A DNA stretch of 64,000 nucleotides from assembly GCA_023421795.1 (NCBI GenBank), contig JAEZSO010000001.1, forward strand, positions 202,556 through 266,555. Reading direction: 5' to 3'. This DNA comes from Cyanobacteria bacterium OH_PDB_230. Lineage in GTDB: Bacteria > Cyanobacteriota > Vampirovibrionia > Gastranaerophilales > Gastranaerophilaceae. Position 1 is the first letter of the stretch, and every line of letters begins with the position of its first letter. Of the stretch, positions 29,620 to 39,332 are shown piece after piece. Made by a program: the position numbers and the translations under genes. Under the pieces are notes generated by a model that was not told the origin of the DNA, ran no database searches, and was given only the letters and a program-made list of their open reading frames with translations.

Positions 29620-30605
29620 TAGGAATAAATTCCTTTCTCTATTTCATAATTCATCATTTTAACTTCTCTTTTAGGCTGAGATAAAGCCCATTCAAACATT
29701 TCATTGACTGTGTTTTCAAGAATTGTATTGTCGACAAAACCCAATAATTCTTTTGCTTTTGCATGATTGCAATATGCGAATTGGGCTTCTTTTCTTTTTT
29801 CTAAATATTGAATGTCAGGATTAAATCCAAAATTATGAGCGCAGGTTTTTACAATTTCGGCGGCATTTTTTATTGTAATCGGATTATCAGATCCAATGTT
29901 AATAATTTCTTTGCTGCATTGATTCATTAGTTTTTCCATCGGCTGATTATAAGAACGGATGTCAGTAAATGCTCTTTTTTGAGAACCGTCACCGAATATT
30001 GTAATCGGCTTATTGTCTATGATTTGTCTAACCCAAATCCCTATAACATTTCTATATTTATCCCAGATATTTTGGTACTTTCCGATAACGTTATGGGGCC
30101 TTATGATTGTGTAATCAAGGTCAAAGTATGAATTTGCGGTTTTTAAATCAAGCTCTGTCGCGTATTTAGATATGCCATAAGGATCAATAGGGTTTGGCAA
30201 CATTTCTTCGGTGAAAGGAGGAGAATAAAAATCCCCATAAACAGCCATTGAAGAGGTAAAAATTATTTTTTTACATCCTGCATTAACGCAGGCAGAGATT
30301 ACATTTGTTGAAGCAAGAGTGTTGTTTTGATAGTTAAAATATCTGGCATGATGGCTCAAACCTTCCGCCGCATAAGCCGCAAAGTGGTAAACATAATCAG
30401 GTTTTATCCGGCAAAAAATATTATTGATTGTTTCTCGGTCTGTAAGATCGACATTTATGAAATCTACTCCATCAGGCAAGTTTTCCTTGTAGCCACCAGA
30501 AAAGTTATCTATACCAACTATATTATAGTTTTTTCCCAGTAAATATCTGGCAAAATTGTTTCCGAATAATCCTGCTATACCTGTAATTAAAATCGTGTAT
30601 CGCAC
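29607..30605 (-). CDS. NAD-dependent sugar-nucleotide epimerase/dehydratase (extended SDR)
   Basis: Rossmann motif 'ILITGIAGLFGNNFARYLL' and catalytic 'YGISKYATE' (YxxxK). Confidence 0.85.
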   Translation of the reverse strand: MRYTILITGIAGLFGNNFARYLLGKNYNIVGIDNFSGGYKENLPDGVDFINVDLTDRETINNIFCRIKPDYVYHFAAYAAEGLSHHARYFNYQNNTLASTNVISACVNAGCKKIIFTSSMAVYGDFYSPPFTEEMLPNPIDPYGISKYATELDLKTANSYFDLDYTIIRPHNVIGKYQNIWDKYRNVIGIWVRQIIDNKPITIFGDGSQKRAFTDIRSYNQPMEKLMNQCSKEIINIGSDNPITIKNAAEIVKTCAHNFGFNPDIQYLEKRKEAQFAYCNHAKAKELLGFVDNTILENTVNEMFEWALSQPKREVKMMNYEIEKGIYSYWKQ

Positions 30606-30672
30606 TGAATCCCTTTTGCTATTATTGATATACTTTTGCTGTATTATAACATTCTACAACCTTAAATAATAC

Positions 30673-32433
30673 TTATTTTGGTTTTTTTATACAATATTTA
30701 CTGCGAATTGAGTGAAATTTATTTATCAGTTTATATAAATTGTTTCCATATTTCAGAATATATAAGAAATCAATCTCTACAATCGGAAAATTATCATATA
30801 TAAGTTTCAGCCTTCTGTTTATTTCTTCTTCGCTAATATTTGTGCTTTTATATTCTTTGCAGAAAGAAAATTCTTCATTTATATTTTCTGTTATGCCAAA
30901 CTGCTCTTGCATGGTATATATTGCGCTGTGTGCTTGCAATCCGAACTTGCCTGCCCCATAAGAATCAATATATTTTCTGTTAGCTTCACAAAAATCATAT
31001 GTATGTCGGAAATCTTCTTCTGATTCCGACGGAAAACCGATTATAAGAGATGCATGGTTATAAATCCCTGCATCATGTGAATTTTTAAGAACTTGGGATG
31101 CATATTTAATGTCTATTCCTTTGTTCATCTGCTTTAAAATTCGTTCTGAACCTGATTCCAACCCCCAAAATATAAACCTAAGACCCGATTTGTATAATTT
31201 TTTCAGAAGCTTTTTGGTAAAGCCCTTGTCTAGTCTGCCAAATGAACTGTATTTGATATCAAGTTTCCTCTTTATTATTTCATCTGCTAATTTCTCGTAA
31301 AAAGCAGGAGGAATGCAATCATCGTGGAATCTAAAGAATTTTAATTTATGCTTTTTATTGAGTTCTTCAATCTCATCAATTATTTTATCAACTTTCTTAA
31401 TGCAATAAACCTGCCTGTCGTGCGGAAAACTGCAAAATATGCATTTTCCCCAAGGGCAGCCTTTTGAAAATATAATAGGCATAAGAATATCAGGAGTATA
31501 GTATTTGTCTAAATTTAAGCCATCCAAAGAAATATTGGCAATATTATCCATACTTGTTATTTGTTTTACAGGATTTTTTTTAATATCATCCTGTCCGGTT
31601 TTATAAATTAGCCCGGAAACATTTTCGATATCGGTTTTGTTTTCAATGTAATTTGCAAGTTCAACAATTGAAGATTCTCCGGCCCCTGTAAGTACGGAGT
31701 CACAAAAAATATCGAAGAACTCAGGATATTTTAATATAGCATCGCTATTGTATGAAATAGCTTGTCCACCTATTGTTATATGAGCATTCGTTTTTTCTTT
31801 TAATAATCTTGAGAGAGTCAGGGCTATAGGTATAAAACTGTCAAATGGCACCGATATTCCAATTAAATCAAGGTCGTTAGCGATAATTTCATCAATTTTC
31901 TTTTCAAAGTATTCGATGAAAATATTTTGATTTTTATCAAAACAATAATCTTTGATTTCTTTATAGTTAAGTTTAAAATTGTATGTAATAGGATCTGACG
32001 TGCATTTGCTTGGATAATAGGGCAGCGAGAGGAATATAACTACTTGGTTGATTATTTCGTGCGCGTTTCTCAACAGTTGTGGATTATAGAAATCCTTTTT
32101 GCTTTTCAAAGTTTTTACAGCAACATCAACCTGTGTAATTAACTTGTCTATATATTCAGGATGCTCAAGGTACTTTTTAATTATTTCCTGTTTTTGCAAA
32201 AAGCCATCAGGCATATCGTTATGATCGGTAATTTTTGCTATGTTTTCCATAAGAAGTTTTGTTTTAAGGATATATTCTTTGGAAAGGATGTCAGAATAAA
32301 ATTCAAGATTCAAATCTAATCCAGCCGCATCAAAACCTTTGTTTTTAAGCTGTCCTACCAGCAGGGGAATCGATAAATAAGGCCTGTTTGGCCTAATGCT
32401 TGGAGGAAATATTAAAAGAATCTTGCTGTTCAT
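30673..32433 (-). CDS. B12-binding-domain radical SAM protein (paralogue 1)
   Basis: An N-terminal Rossmann-like B12-type domain is followed by a radical-SAM core. The cluster motif is 'GCPWGKCIFC', with Cx4Cx2C spacing, and 'FWGLESGS' is present. Confidence 0.8.
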   Translation of the reverse strand: MNSKILLIFPPSIRPNRPYLSIPLLVGQLKNKGFDAAGLDLNLEFYSDILSKEYILKTKLLMENIAKITDHNDMPDGFLQKQEIIKKYLEHPEYIDKLITQVDVAVKTLKSKKDFYNPQLLRNAHEIINQVVIFLSLPYYPSKCTSDPITYNFKLNYKEIKDYCFDKNQNIFIEYFEKKIDEIIANDLDLIGISVPFDSFIPIALTLSRLLKEKTNAHITIGGQAISYNSDAILKYPEFFDIFCDSVLTGAGESSIVELANYIENKTDIENVSGLIYKTGQDDIKKNPVKQITSMDNIANISLDGLNLDKYYTPDILMPIIFSKGCPWGKCIFCSFPHDRQVYCIKKVDKIIDEIEELNKKHKLKFFRFHDDCIPPAFYEKLADEIIKRKLDIKYSSFGRLDKGFTKKLLKKLYKSGLRFIFWGLESGSERILKQMNKGIDIKYASQVLKNSHDAGIYNHASLIIGFPSESEEDFRHTYDFCEANRKYIDSYGAGKFGLQAHSAIYTMQEQFGITENINEEFSFCKEYKSTNISEEEINRRLKLIYDNFPIVEIDFLYILKYGNNLYKLINKFHSIRSKYCIKKPK

Positions 32434-32445
32434 CGATAAATTATA

Positions 32446-34194
32446 TCAAAAACTGCCTAGGTATTCAAACAGTTTCGCCTTGTTGATAGGAAGGGCTTTC
32501 TCTTCAAATGCCTTGAGTCTGGCTGTTTTTTCTTCATCAGTTAAATTTTGGTCTATAAAGCTTTGATATGCCATAAACTCGGCTGACATAGTGAGTTCTA
32601 AGCTGAATTCTTCTATTTTTGTATTTATTGGTGAATTTTTATAGAGTACAAATTTTTGATAAAGATATGAATGGATATAATCTTCACACTTCAAGCACAA
32701 ATCAACTGTTTTGTTGAAGTCATCTTCTGTCTCAGATGGAAATCCAAACATAACCGATATGACATTAGAGATACCTGCCTCATAAGAATCTTTAAGAATT
32801 GTGGGGACGTTGTTTGGATCTATTCCTTTATTCATAAGTTTTAAAATTCTATCTGAACCTGATTCTAGCCCCCAAAAGATTCTCCTTACACCTGATTCAT
32901 GCATTTTTTTTAAAAGTGTTTTGGTAAAGCCTGATTCCAGTCTGGCGTAAGAATTATACGTTATTTTTAGATTCCTCTTAATTATTTCATCTGATAACTT
33001 ATCGTAAAAATGAGGAGAAATAGCATAATCACAAAATGAAAATCGATTGATATTATATAGTTGTTGCAATTCTTGAATTTCAGAAACGATTTGTTCTACC
33101 GTTTTATCAATAGAATTGTAACTTTCAGTCTGTTTTCTGGGAAGGTCGCAGAACATGCATTGGCCATAATAGCATCCCTTTGAAAACGCAATTGGAGCTA
33201 CCATATCAGCTGTGAGGTAACTCGTTAAGTCCATACCGTCAAGAGATATTTTTGTTACGCTATCCATATTTAAGAGAGGTTTTACAGAATTTACTTTAAC
33301 CTTATTTTCATTATCTTTGTAGATAATCCCGGAAACATCCTCTAAGCCTGTTTTGTTTTCTATGCAATCCGCGAGTTCAAGGATTGAAGATTCCTCATTA
33401 TGAACCAGTATCGAATCACAAAAAATATCAAAAAACTCAGGATATTCACTAACAGAATCTTTATGATAGGTAAAAGCCTCACCATAAAGAACAATATGAG
33501 CGTTAGTTTTTTCTTTTAAAAGCCTTGCCAGCGTTAAAGTAGGGCAGATATTGCTGTGTTTAGTGCAGGCAATCCCGATTAAGTCAAAGTTTTTATCAAC
33601 AATTTTTGTTTCTATCTTTTCGTTGAAATAATCTATGAAAATATTTTGATTTTTGTCGAAGCAAAATCGTTTTATTTCATCGTAATTTAGACAATAATCA
33701 TACTCAATTCTTCTGTATTTAATTCGGGTCGGAAAATATGGCAATGATATAAACTTCATGGTTTCGTTTATTATATAAGAAGCTTTTTGTAATTCATTAA
33801 GTTCAATGTGCTTTTCTGATTTTATGCTTTTTACGGCTTTATCTATAAGAGTCAGAAGACTGTTTATTTTTTTAGAATCAGCCAAATTTTCTTTGATTGT
33901 TTGCAGCTTTTGTGAAGGGATATCAATAGGATTTTTAATCATCTTTTCAAGAATCTTTTTTGTTTTCAAAATATATTTTGAAGTAAGAACGTCATTATAA
34001 AATTCAATATTTAAATCTAATCCTGTTGCATCAAAGCCGTTATTTTGTAACTGCCCTACCAATACAGGTACCGGCAAATAAAAAGTTACAGGCAACATCA
34101 GAGGCGTTAAAACAAATAAACTTTTGATGCTTTTGTTCTGATTTTTTACAGGAAAGTTGTCTATTTGGTTATGTGTTGAATTAAACATTTTCAA
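32446..34194 (-). CDS. B12-binding-domain radical SAM protein (paralogue 2)
   Basis: Same architecture as paralogue 1, with motif 'GCYYGQCMFC' and 'FWGLESGS'. Long blocks are shared with paralogue 1 at protein and DNA level. Confidence 0.8.
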   Translation of the reverse strand: MKMFNSTHNQIDNFPVKNQNKSIKSLFVLTPLMLPVTFYLPVPVLVGQLQNNGFDATGLDLNIEFYNDVLTSKYILKTKKILEKMIKNPIDIPSQKLQTIKENLADSKKINSLLTLIDKAVKSIKSEKHIELNELQKASYIINETMKFISLPYFPTRIKYRRIEYDYCLNYDEIKRFCFDKNQNIFIDYFNEKIETKIVDKNFDLIGIACTKHSNICPTLTLARLLKEKTNAHIVLYGEAFTYHKDSVSEYPEFFDIFCDSILVHNEESSILELADCIENKTGLEDVSGIIYKDNENKVKVNSVKPLLNMDSVTKISLDGMDLTSYLTADMVAPIAFSKGCYYGQCMFCDLPRKQTESYNSIDKTVEQIVSEIQELQQLYNINRFSFCDYAISPHFYDKLSDEIIKRNLKITYNSYARLESGFTKTLLKKMHESGVRRIFWGLESGSDRILKLMNKGIDPNNVPTILKDSYEAGISNVISVMFGFPSETEDDFNKTVDLCLKCEDYIHSYLYQKFVLYKNSPINTKIEEFSLELTMSAEFMAYQSFIDQNLTDEEKTARLKAFEEKALPINKAKLFEYLGSF

Positions 34195-34513
34195 AATTTC
34201 ATAAATTTTTTTAGAACACTGTCTTTATAATACTATAAAAAACGGGGTTTAGGATATTGGATACAAGATGCCGGCTTGTTATAACTTATATTTTGGTTTT
34301 ATCAGATATCTTTTTTGTTGTTTTGTCGAAACGTTAGCGTTATTTTCTTATCAGCTTTTGTTGTGAAGCGCTTAAATTAATGTATAATAAGTAACTGTAA
34401 TGATTCGTAATACTCGAAATAAATGTAAGAAAAGAAGTAAGAAAACTGATTATATTTGTAAATCGTTTATGCCGAATCTTTTATATAAATTAAAAATCAG
34501 CTAGGAAAGAAGT

Positions 34514-35311
34514 TTGTTTGACGTATCAATAATTTTGGTGAATTACAACACAAAAGAAATAACCAAAAAATGTATTGAATCTATTTATGAAAAAACTCAA
34601 GATGTGAGTTTTGATGTCTGGGTTGTAGACAATGCCTCTCAGGATGGCTCTTGTGAAATGATTGAGGAATGTTTCCCCTGTATTAACCTGATAAAAAATG
34701 ACAGGAATTTGGGTTTTGGTGTTGCAAATAATATTGCGATTGAAAAAAGCAATTCAAAATATGTCTTTCTTTTAAATACAGATACCGTTTTGATAAATAA
34801 TGCCATAAAAATCATGTTGGACTTTATGAACTCCAACGAGGATGCTGCCGCTTGCGGCGGAAGCCTTTTTAATTTGGAAGGGGATTTTGTTTATTCTTTC
34901 GGGATGTTACCGAGGTTAAAAAGCTATACATTTAACAGATTGGGGTTGAGTTTTTTGAATAAACCCGAAAAAAAAGACCGTAAAAAGTCACAGCAGACAG
35001 AACATATAATAGGTGCAGACCTTATGCTCAGAAGATCCGTGCTTAATTCCGTGGGCTTGTTTGACCCTAGATTTTTTCTCTACAACGAAGAGTTAGAACT
35101 TCAATTCAGAATCAATCAGGCGGGTTTTAAGATATATTTTCTCCCTGAAGCCAAAATTATTCATCTAGTAGGACAATCCAGCAAAGATAAAACCCTAAGG
35201 CTGCAATATATGAGAAAAGGTGAATATTTATATTTTGAATTAACACAAAAAAATCTGCCAAAATTTCTTTTGAAAATTCTTTTTAAGTTTCTTGATTTAT
35301 TTGGGCTTTAA
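34514..35311 (+). CDS. Glycosyltransferase family 2
   Basis: 'VSIILVNYNTKEITKKCIESI...VVDNASQDGS...GFGVANN...LLNTD'. TTG start. Confidence 0.8.
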   Translation: MFDVSIILVNYNTKEITKKCIESIYEKTQDVSFDVWVVDNASQDGSCEMIEECFPCINLIKNDRNLGFGVANNIAIEKSNSKYVFLLNTDTVLINNAIKIMLDFMNSNEDAAACGGSLFNLEGDFVYSFGMLPRLKSYTFNRLGLSFLNKPEKKDRKKSQQTEHIIGADLMLRRSVLNSVGLFDPRFFLYNEELELQFRINQAGFKIYFLPEAKIIHLVGQSSKDKTLRLQYMRKGEYLYFELTQKNLPKFLLKILFKFLDLFGL

Positions 35312-35408
35312 TCGTGCTCTTTTTGCTTTTTATCGCTTTTGCGACTATAATTTGAATGGCGAGTTTTCAGGTTCTTAATTTACGATATAAGATTGTAAGC
35401 AGGTAAAT

Positions 35409-36329
35409 ATGAGTGGAAAAGGCAAAATTTCTTTTTACCCTAAAAACAGAGGGGATATAAAGTGGAAAGTGCCTTCATTATTTAATAATGATAATCTGGT
35501 TTTGACCCTTACCGATTATTGTAAGGAATTAGGCGTTAAGCAACCTGTAAATTCAGTCTATGGAGGCGTTAAGTCGGCCTGGAGCGGCGGCAGGGTTTCC
35601 CAGCTTGATGAAGTGGAGGAAACTAAGATATATGATATTCTTTCTGAATACAATCAAAGAGATATCTCTTGCGGTTTCACTTTCAGCAATTACAGAATAA
35701 AAGAAGAAGACCTGGAAGATAAATCAGCTAACTTGTTATTAAAAATAGCTTCCGATGTCTCTGATCAAAATTATGCTATTGTTTCTTCAGATATTCTGGC
35801 TGATTATATCAGGTCTAAATATCCCAGAATAAAGTTGATTTCTTCAATAATAAAACCAGTGTATGAACATAAAAATTACGACGAAACACCCGATTATTAT
35901 AATAAACTCTGCGAAAGATACGATAAAGTGGTTGTCAGACCTGAATTTTATTTTGAAAAAGGGTTTATGAAAAAACTAAAGCACAAAAAAAAGATTGAAA
36001 TAATGGCTAATTTAGGCTGCCTGCAAAGATGCCCTTTGGCCTCAAAACATTATGATCTCACTGTGGAATGGGATGCCGGCAGAGAAGCGCAATATACGAA
36101 ATTCTGCCATGTCGAGATGAATAATGTCCAATCTGTTTATAAAACTACAACGATTTGTAGTGAAGACATAGAGGACTTGATAAAATTAGGATTTGAAAAT
36201 TTTAAACTGAAAGGAAGAGGCATATCAGACATCCAGCTTATGGATTCTATAGGCAATTTTATATTTCATCCTACGGGTTATTTTTTGCATTTAGAGATTA
36301 TGGTTTTTAAAAAATTGGGCATTTATTAA
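35409..36329 (+). CDS. Hypothetical protein, possibly peptidase-U32-like
   Basis: Weak resemblance to U32-family layout: 'NSVYGGV...GGR', 'AIVSSDILADYIRSKYPRIKLISS', and Cys residues in 'GCLQRCP'. Assigned from memory only. Confidence 0.3.
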   Translation: MSGKGKISFYPKNRGDIKWKVPSLFNNDNLVLTLTDYCKELGVKQPVNSVYGGVKSAWSGGRVSQLDEVEETKIYDILSEYNQRDISCGFTFSNYRIKEEDLEDKSANLLLKIASDVSDQNYAIVSSDILADYIRSKYPRIKLISSIIKPVYEHKNYDETPDYYNKLCERYDKVVVRPEFYFEKGFMKKLKHKKKIEIMANLGCLQRCPLASKHYDLTVEWDAGREAQYTKFCHVEMNNVQSVYKTTTICSEDIEDLIKLGFENFKLKGRGISDIQLMDSIGNFIFHPTGYFLHLEIMVFKKLGIY

Positions 36330-36334
36330 AGTAT

Positions 36335-37414
36335 ATGAAAGAAAATAAAATCACCTCGTATAGAAAATATTTGGCACTCCTGATTCTGCCTTTATACCTT
36401 TTGATTAGCTGTGTTTGCTTTGATTTTAATCGGGCCAATGCGGAAATTTCGACAAGTATTGCTGCTAATCAGATAAAAAATACTATCGTTAAAGCTGAAA
36501 ACGATTATCTTTATGATGCTATAGGACCTTCAGGCAAGGTAGTACGCTGGTCCAAAAAACCTATAATAATTTATATTCCTCAAAATAATTACTCTAAAAC
36601 AATAGAATCGGCTTTTAAAGAATGGGAAAGGGCAAGCGGTGAAACCGTAACTTTCAAGAAAACCGATTTGAAATCCAAGGCCGATATCCAGATAATTTTT
36701 ACCGAGAAAATAGGCTCCAACTATGGAGGGCTTACAAAAACATATCACCAGAAAAATAATTTGATAAAAGCTGAAATATTCCTTACTGAAAAAAATAAAA
36801 ATCAAAAACCTATAGAAAAACCTAAAATGTACATACTTGCGCTCCATGAGATAGGGCATTCTCTAGGGATCGTAGGACACAGTTCTGACTTGAATGATGT
36901 AATGTCGTCAGAAGATATTATGCAGCTACAGTCACTGAGCGCAAATGATATTAACACATTGAGAATCATATATTCTGACGAGGCCGGCAAACTGGAAATG
37001 CAAAAAGATATATTTGCTAAAAAACTTATAGAACAAGAACAAAAAGTAAAAAATGACCCTGATAATAAAGTTCAGTTGTTGCTTTTGGCCGGCATGTACA
37101 AGAACATGAATCAGTATCCAGAGGCAATGGAAACGTATGAGAAAATAATAAAACTCGACCCTGATTTTGCCCAAGCGTATTATTCTCTTGGCTCTTGCTA
37201 TTATAAAAAGGGGGAGAAACAAAAGTCGCTTGAATTTTTTAAACAGGCTGTAGATAAAGAACCCGACAACTCCATTTTTTTAAAGGTATTAATTAAAGTC
37301 TCCTGCGAAACGAACAATAAAGAGATGGCTAAAAAATACCTTCTGGAATATGTTGCAAAGCACCCTGAAGCTAAAAATGATCCTGTGATAAAAGATTGTT
37401 TTAAAAAGTTTTAA
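36335..37414 (+). CDS. Lipoprotein-type metzincin (matrixin-like zinc protease) fused to TPR repeats
   Basis: Lipobox 'LLISC', zinc motif 'HEIGHSLGIVGHS' with a downstream 'VM' Met-turn, and C-terminal TPR units ('AYYSLGSCYYKKGE...A...F.QA....P'). Confidence 0.7.
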   Translation: MKENKITSYRKYLALLILPLYLLISCVCFDFNRANAEISTSIAANQIKNTIVKAENDYLYDAIGPSGKVVRWSKKPIIIYIPQNNYSKTIESAFKEWERASGETVTFKKTDLKSKADIQIIFTEKIGSNYGGLTKTYHQKNNLIKAEIFLTEKNKNQKPIEKPKMYILALHEIGHSLGIVGHSSDLNDVMSSEDIMQLQSLSANDINTLRIIYSDEAGKLEMQKDIFAKKLIEQEQKVKNDPDNKVQLLLLAGMYKNMNQYPEAMETYEKIIKLDPDFAQAYYSLGSCYYKKGEKQKSLEFFKQAVDKEPDNSIFLKVLIKVSCETNNKEMAKKYLLEYVAKHPEAKNDPVIKDCFKKF

Positions 37415-37429
37415 GTTTATATTTGTCTT

Positions 37430-38353
37430 TTATAAGACATCAAGGCCTTCAAACCTTTTATCGGTTTTAAACATTTCATAAACAGCGAGCACGCTTTTTT
37501 CTTTGTCTTTTGTTTCAAAAATTATATCAAAATCCAGGTGATAGAATTTAAGGAAAAATTCTGCAAAAGATTCTGTATCTATGGATTCAGAATGGCTGCC
37601 CGCTCTCGCATTCGGTTTTTGATTTGAATAATGTATGTCTGGAAGGCCTTTTTCTTTTTCCCAAGTCGAAAAAAACTTTTTTAAAATAGATTCAATATCT
37701 TTATCTTTTGCTTTATGGGTGTTCAGAACTTGATGATGGAGATTGTCAAAAACAAGTGGAATGCCTGTTGATTCATTTATTTTGATTAGATCCCAAACGT
37801 TGAATATTCTGTCGTCATTTTCCAGGGTCAGCCTGTTTTTGAACCCATCCGGCAGCTGATTATATACTTTTATAAATCTTTTTATTGCTTCAGGCTTGTT
37901 TCCATACGCTCCGCCCGCGTGGAACACAATTTTGTGAGAAGAATCCAAGTTCAAACAGTCAAGAAATTTTACGTGCCATTCTAATTCCTCTATAGAACGT
38001 CTCACGATGTCTGAATCAAGGGAGTTAAGATAAACGATAGGGTTAGGATGCATATATACCCTAATATTCTTATTTTGGATTGAACGCCCGATTTCATCAA
38101 GTTCTTCCCTGTAGTCTTCCCACCATTTAACCTTGTTCACAGGGTGAGAAGCAAACGGAATTGTGTCTGAGCTAATTCTAAAAAGCCTTATATTGTTATC
38201 TTTGTTCCATTCAAGAACTTCCTTTAAGCCGGAAAGGTTCGTCTGAATAAGCTCTCTTAGTTTTTCTTCGCTGGCATTAGCAAGTCTGCAAGTTTTGTTT
38301 AAGGGTGTGGCGGTTGTGAGATTTATGCAAGCATATCCAATTCTATGTTTCAT
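37430..38353 (-). CDS. uvsE: UV damage endonuclease UvdE
   Basis: 'IGYACINL', 'RLFRISSD.IPFASH', 'FHAGGAYGNK..A..RF' and 'LENDD' are typical of the UvdE family. Confidence 0.85.
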   Translation of the reverse strand: MKHRIGYACINLTTATPLNKTCRLANASEEKLRELIQTNLSGLKEVLEWNKDNNIRLFRISSDTIPFASHPVNKVKWWEDYREELDEIGRSIQNKNIRVYMHPNPIVYLNSLDSDIVRRSIEELEWHVKFLDCLNLDSSHKIVFHAGGAYGNKPEAIKRFIKVYNQLPDGFKNRLTLENDDRIFNVWDLIKINESTGIPLVFDNLHHQVLNTHKAKDKDIESILKKFFSTWEKEKGLPDIHYSNQKPNARAGSHSESIDTESFAEFFLKFYHLDFDIIFETKDKEKSVLAVYEMFKTDKRFEGLDVL

Positions 38354-38398
38354 TTGTTTTTTATAAAACCTCTCAATAATTTTGTAAATTGATACTGT

Positions 38399-38869
38399 CT
38401 ATCGATTAAGAATATACAAAGAAAAATTTAAAATTGATGCAAAGCTGACCCATAATAAGTACGGAATTAATAGATAAGCTGCATTTTTAGAAACATTAAA
38501 AAACTTTAATATAGATAAAAGTATGAATAACAACAAGAAAATTATTACGATAAATGCCAATAAAATATTATGTAAGCCGAAAAATACTATGGACCATAAG
38601 CCGTTCAAAACGAGTTGGATACCAAAAAATATTGTACCTTGAATTTTATCTTTGCTGTTTTCTGCTTTCAATACGAGAAATAAGGATACTCCCATCAATA
38701 TATAAAGCATTGTCCACACAGGAGAAAATACCCAGCTTGGAGGGCTGAAAAATGGTTTTTTCAGAAAACTAAACCACGGATAAATATTTTTCGCCGTTAT
38801 AAAACCGCCAATTATCCCAGGTAGGAAACAAACAAATATTGAACCAGTTAATTTGAAAAAGTTTTTCAT
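38399..38869 (-). CDS. tspO: TspO/MBR tryptophan-rich sensory protein
   Basis: 156 aa with five TM helices, 'KPFFSPPSWVFSPVWTMLYILMG' and 'NGLWS..FF'. Confidence 0.85.
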   Translation of the reverse strand: MKNFFKLTGSIFVCFLPGIIGGFITAKNIYPWFSFLKKPFFSPPSWVFSPVWTMLYILMGVSLFLVLKAENSKDKIQGTIFFGIQLVLNGLWSIVFFGLHNILLAFIVIIFLLLFILLSILKFFNVSKNAAYLLIPYLLWVSFASILNFSLYILNR

Positions 38870-39032
38870 AATCGCCCCTGAATGTGAGATTTTTATAAAG
38901 TTTATAACTTAAATGTATGTAAAACAAGTACCCGGAGGGGTTTGTATAAGACTTACTTTCTGATTGAAACCGGAATAATGCAAGATTTTTAGCAGATAAA
39001 AAAGTAAAATTGTTTATGATTTTGTAGAATGC

Positions 39033-39107
39033 ACTAAAAAAGCCCCTAATAGTGGGGCTTTTAAATGGTGCCGCGTCTCGGAATCGAACCAAGGACACAG
39101 GGATTTT
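39033..39107. repeat. Distal direct repeat: 3' 42 nt of tRNA-Phe plus its downstream terminator (att-like remnant)
   Basis: 74/75 identical to 41475-41549, with the single mismatch at 39048 versus 41490. The tRNA-derived part is 39066-39107 and stops inside the anticodon loop. Confidence 0.9.
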
Positions 39108-39332
39108 GTTTCTTGATTTCTCAAAACAGAATGCCAGGTTTTGAATTAATATGCAAAACAACCGAGAATAGAACTTTATCTATTCAATGGATTGAGATGA
39201 ATAATAAAATTTAACTAAATTAAGCCTTTCATTTCTTAACACGCCTTGAGAGCCCTTTTTAGATTAGAAAATTTATATAAGCAAATCCTTATATTCCATA
39301 AGGTACCAAACTAATTTACAAATAATGATAAT

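Noticed and set aside
38769-39161. 130-aa minus-strand ORF from the six-frame track
   Set aside because: It runs through the tRNA-Phe fragment and terminator repeat, the intergenic spacer and the 5' end of tspO in another frame. It has no SD and is best explained as a chance ORF in AT-rich DNA.
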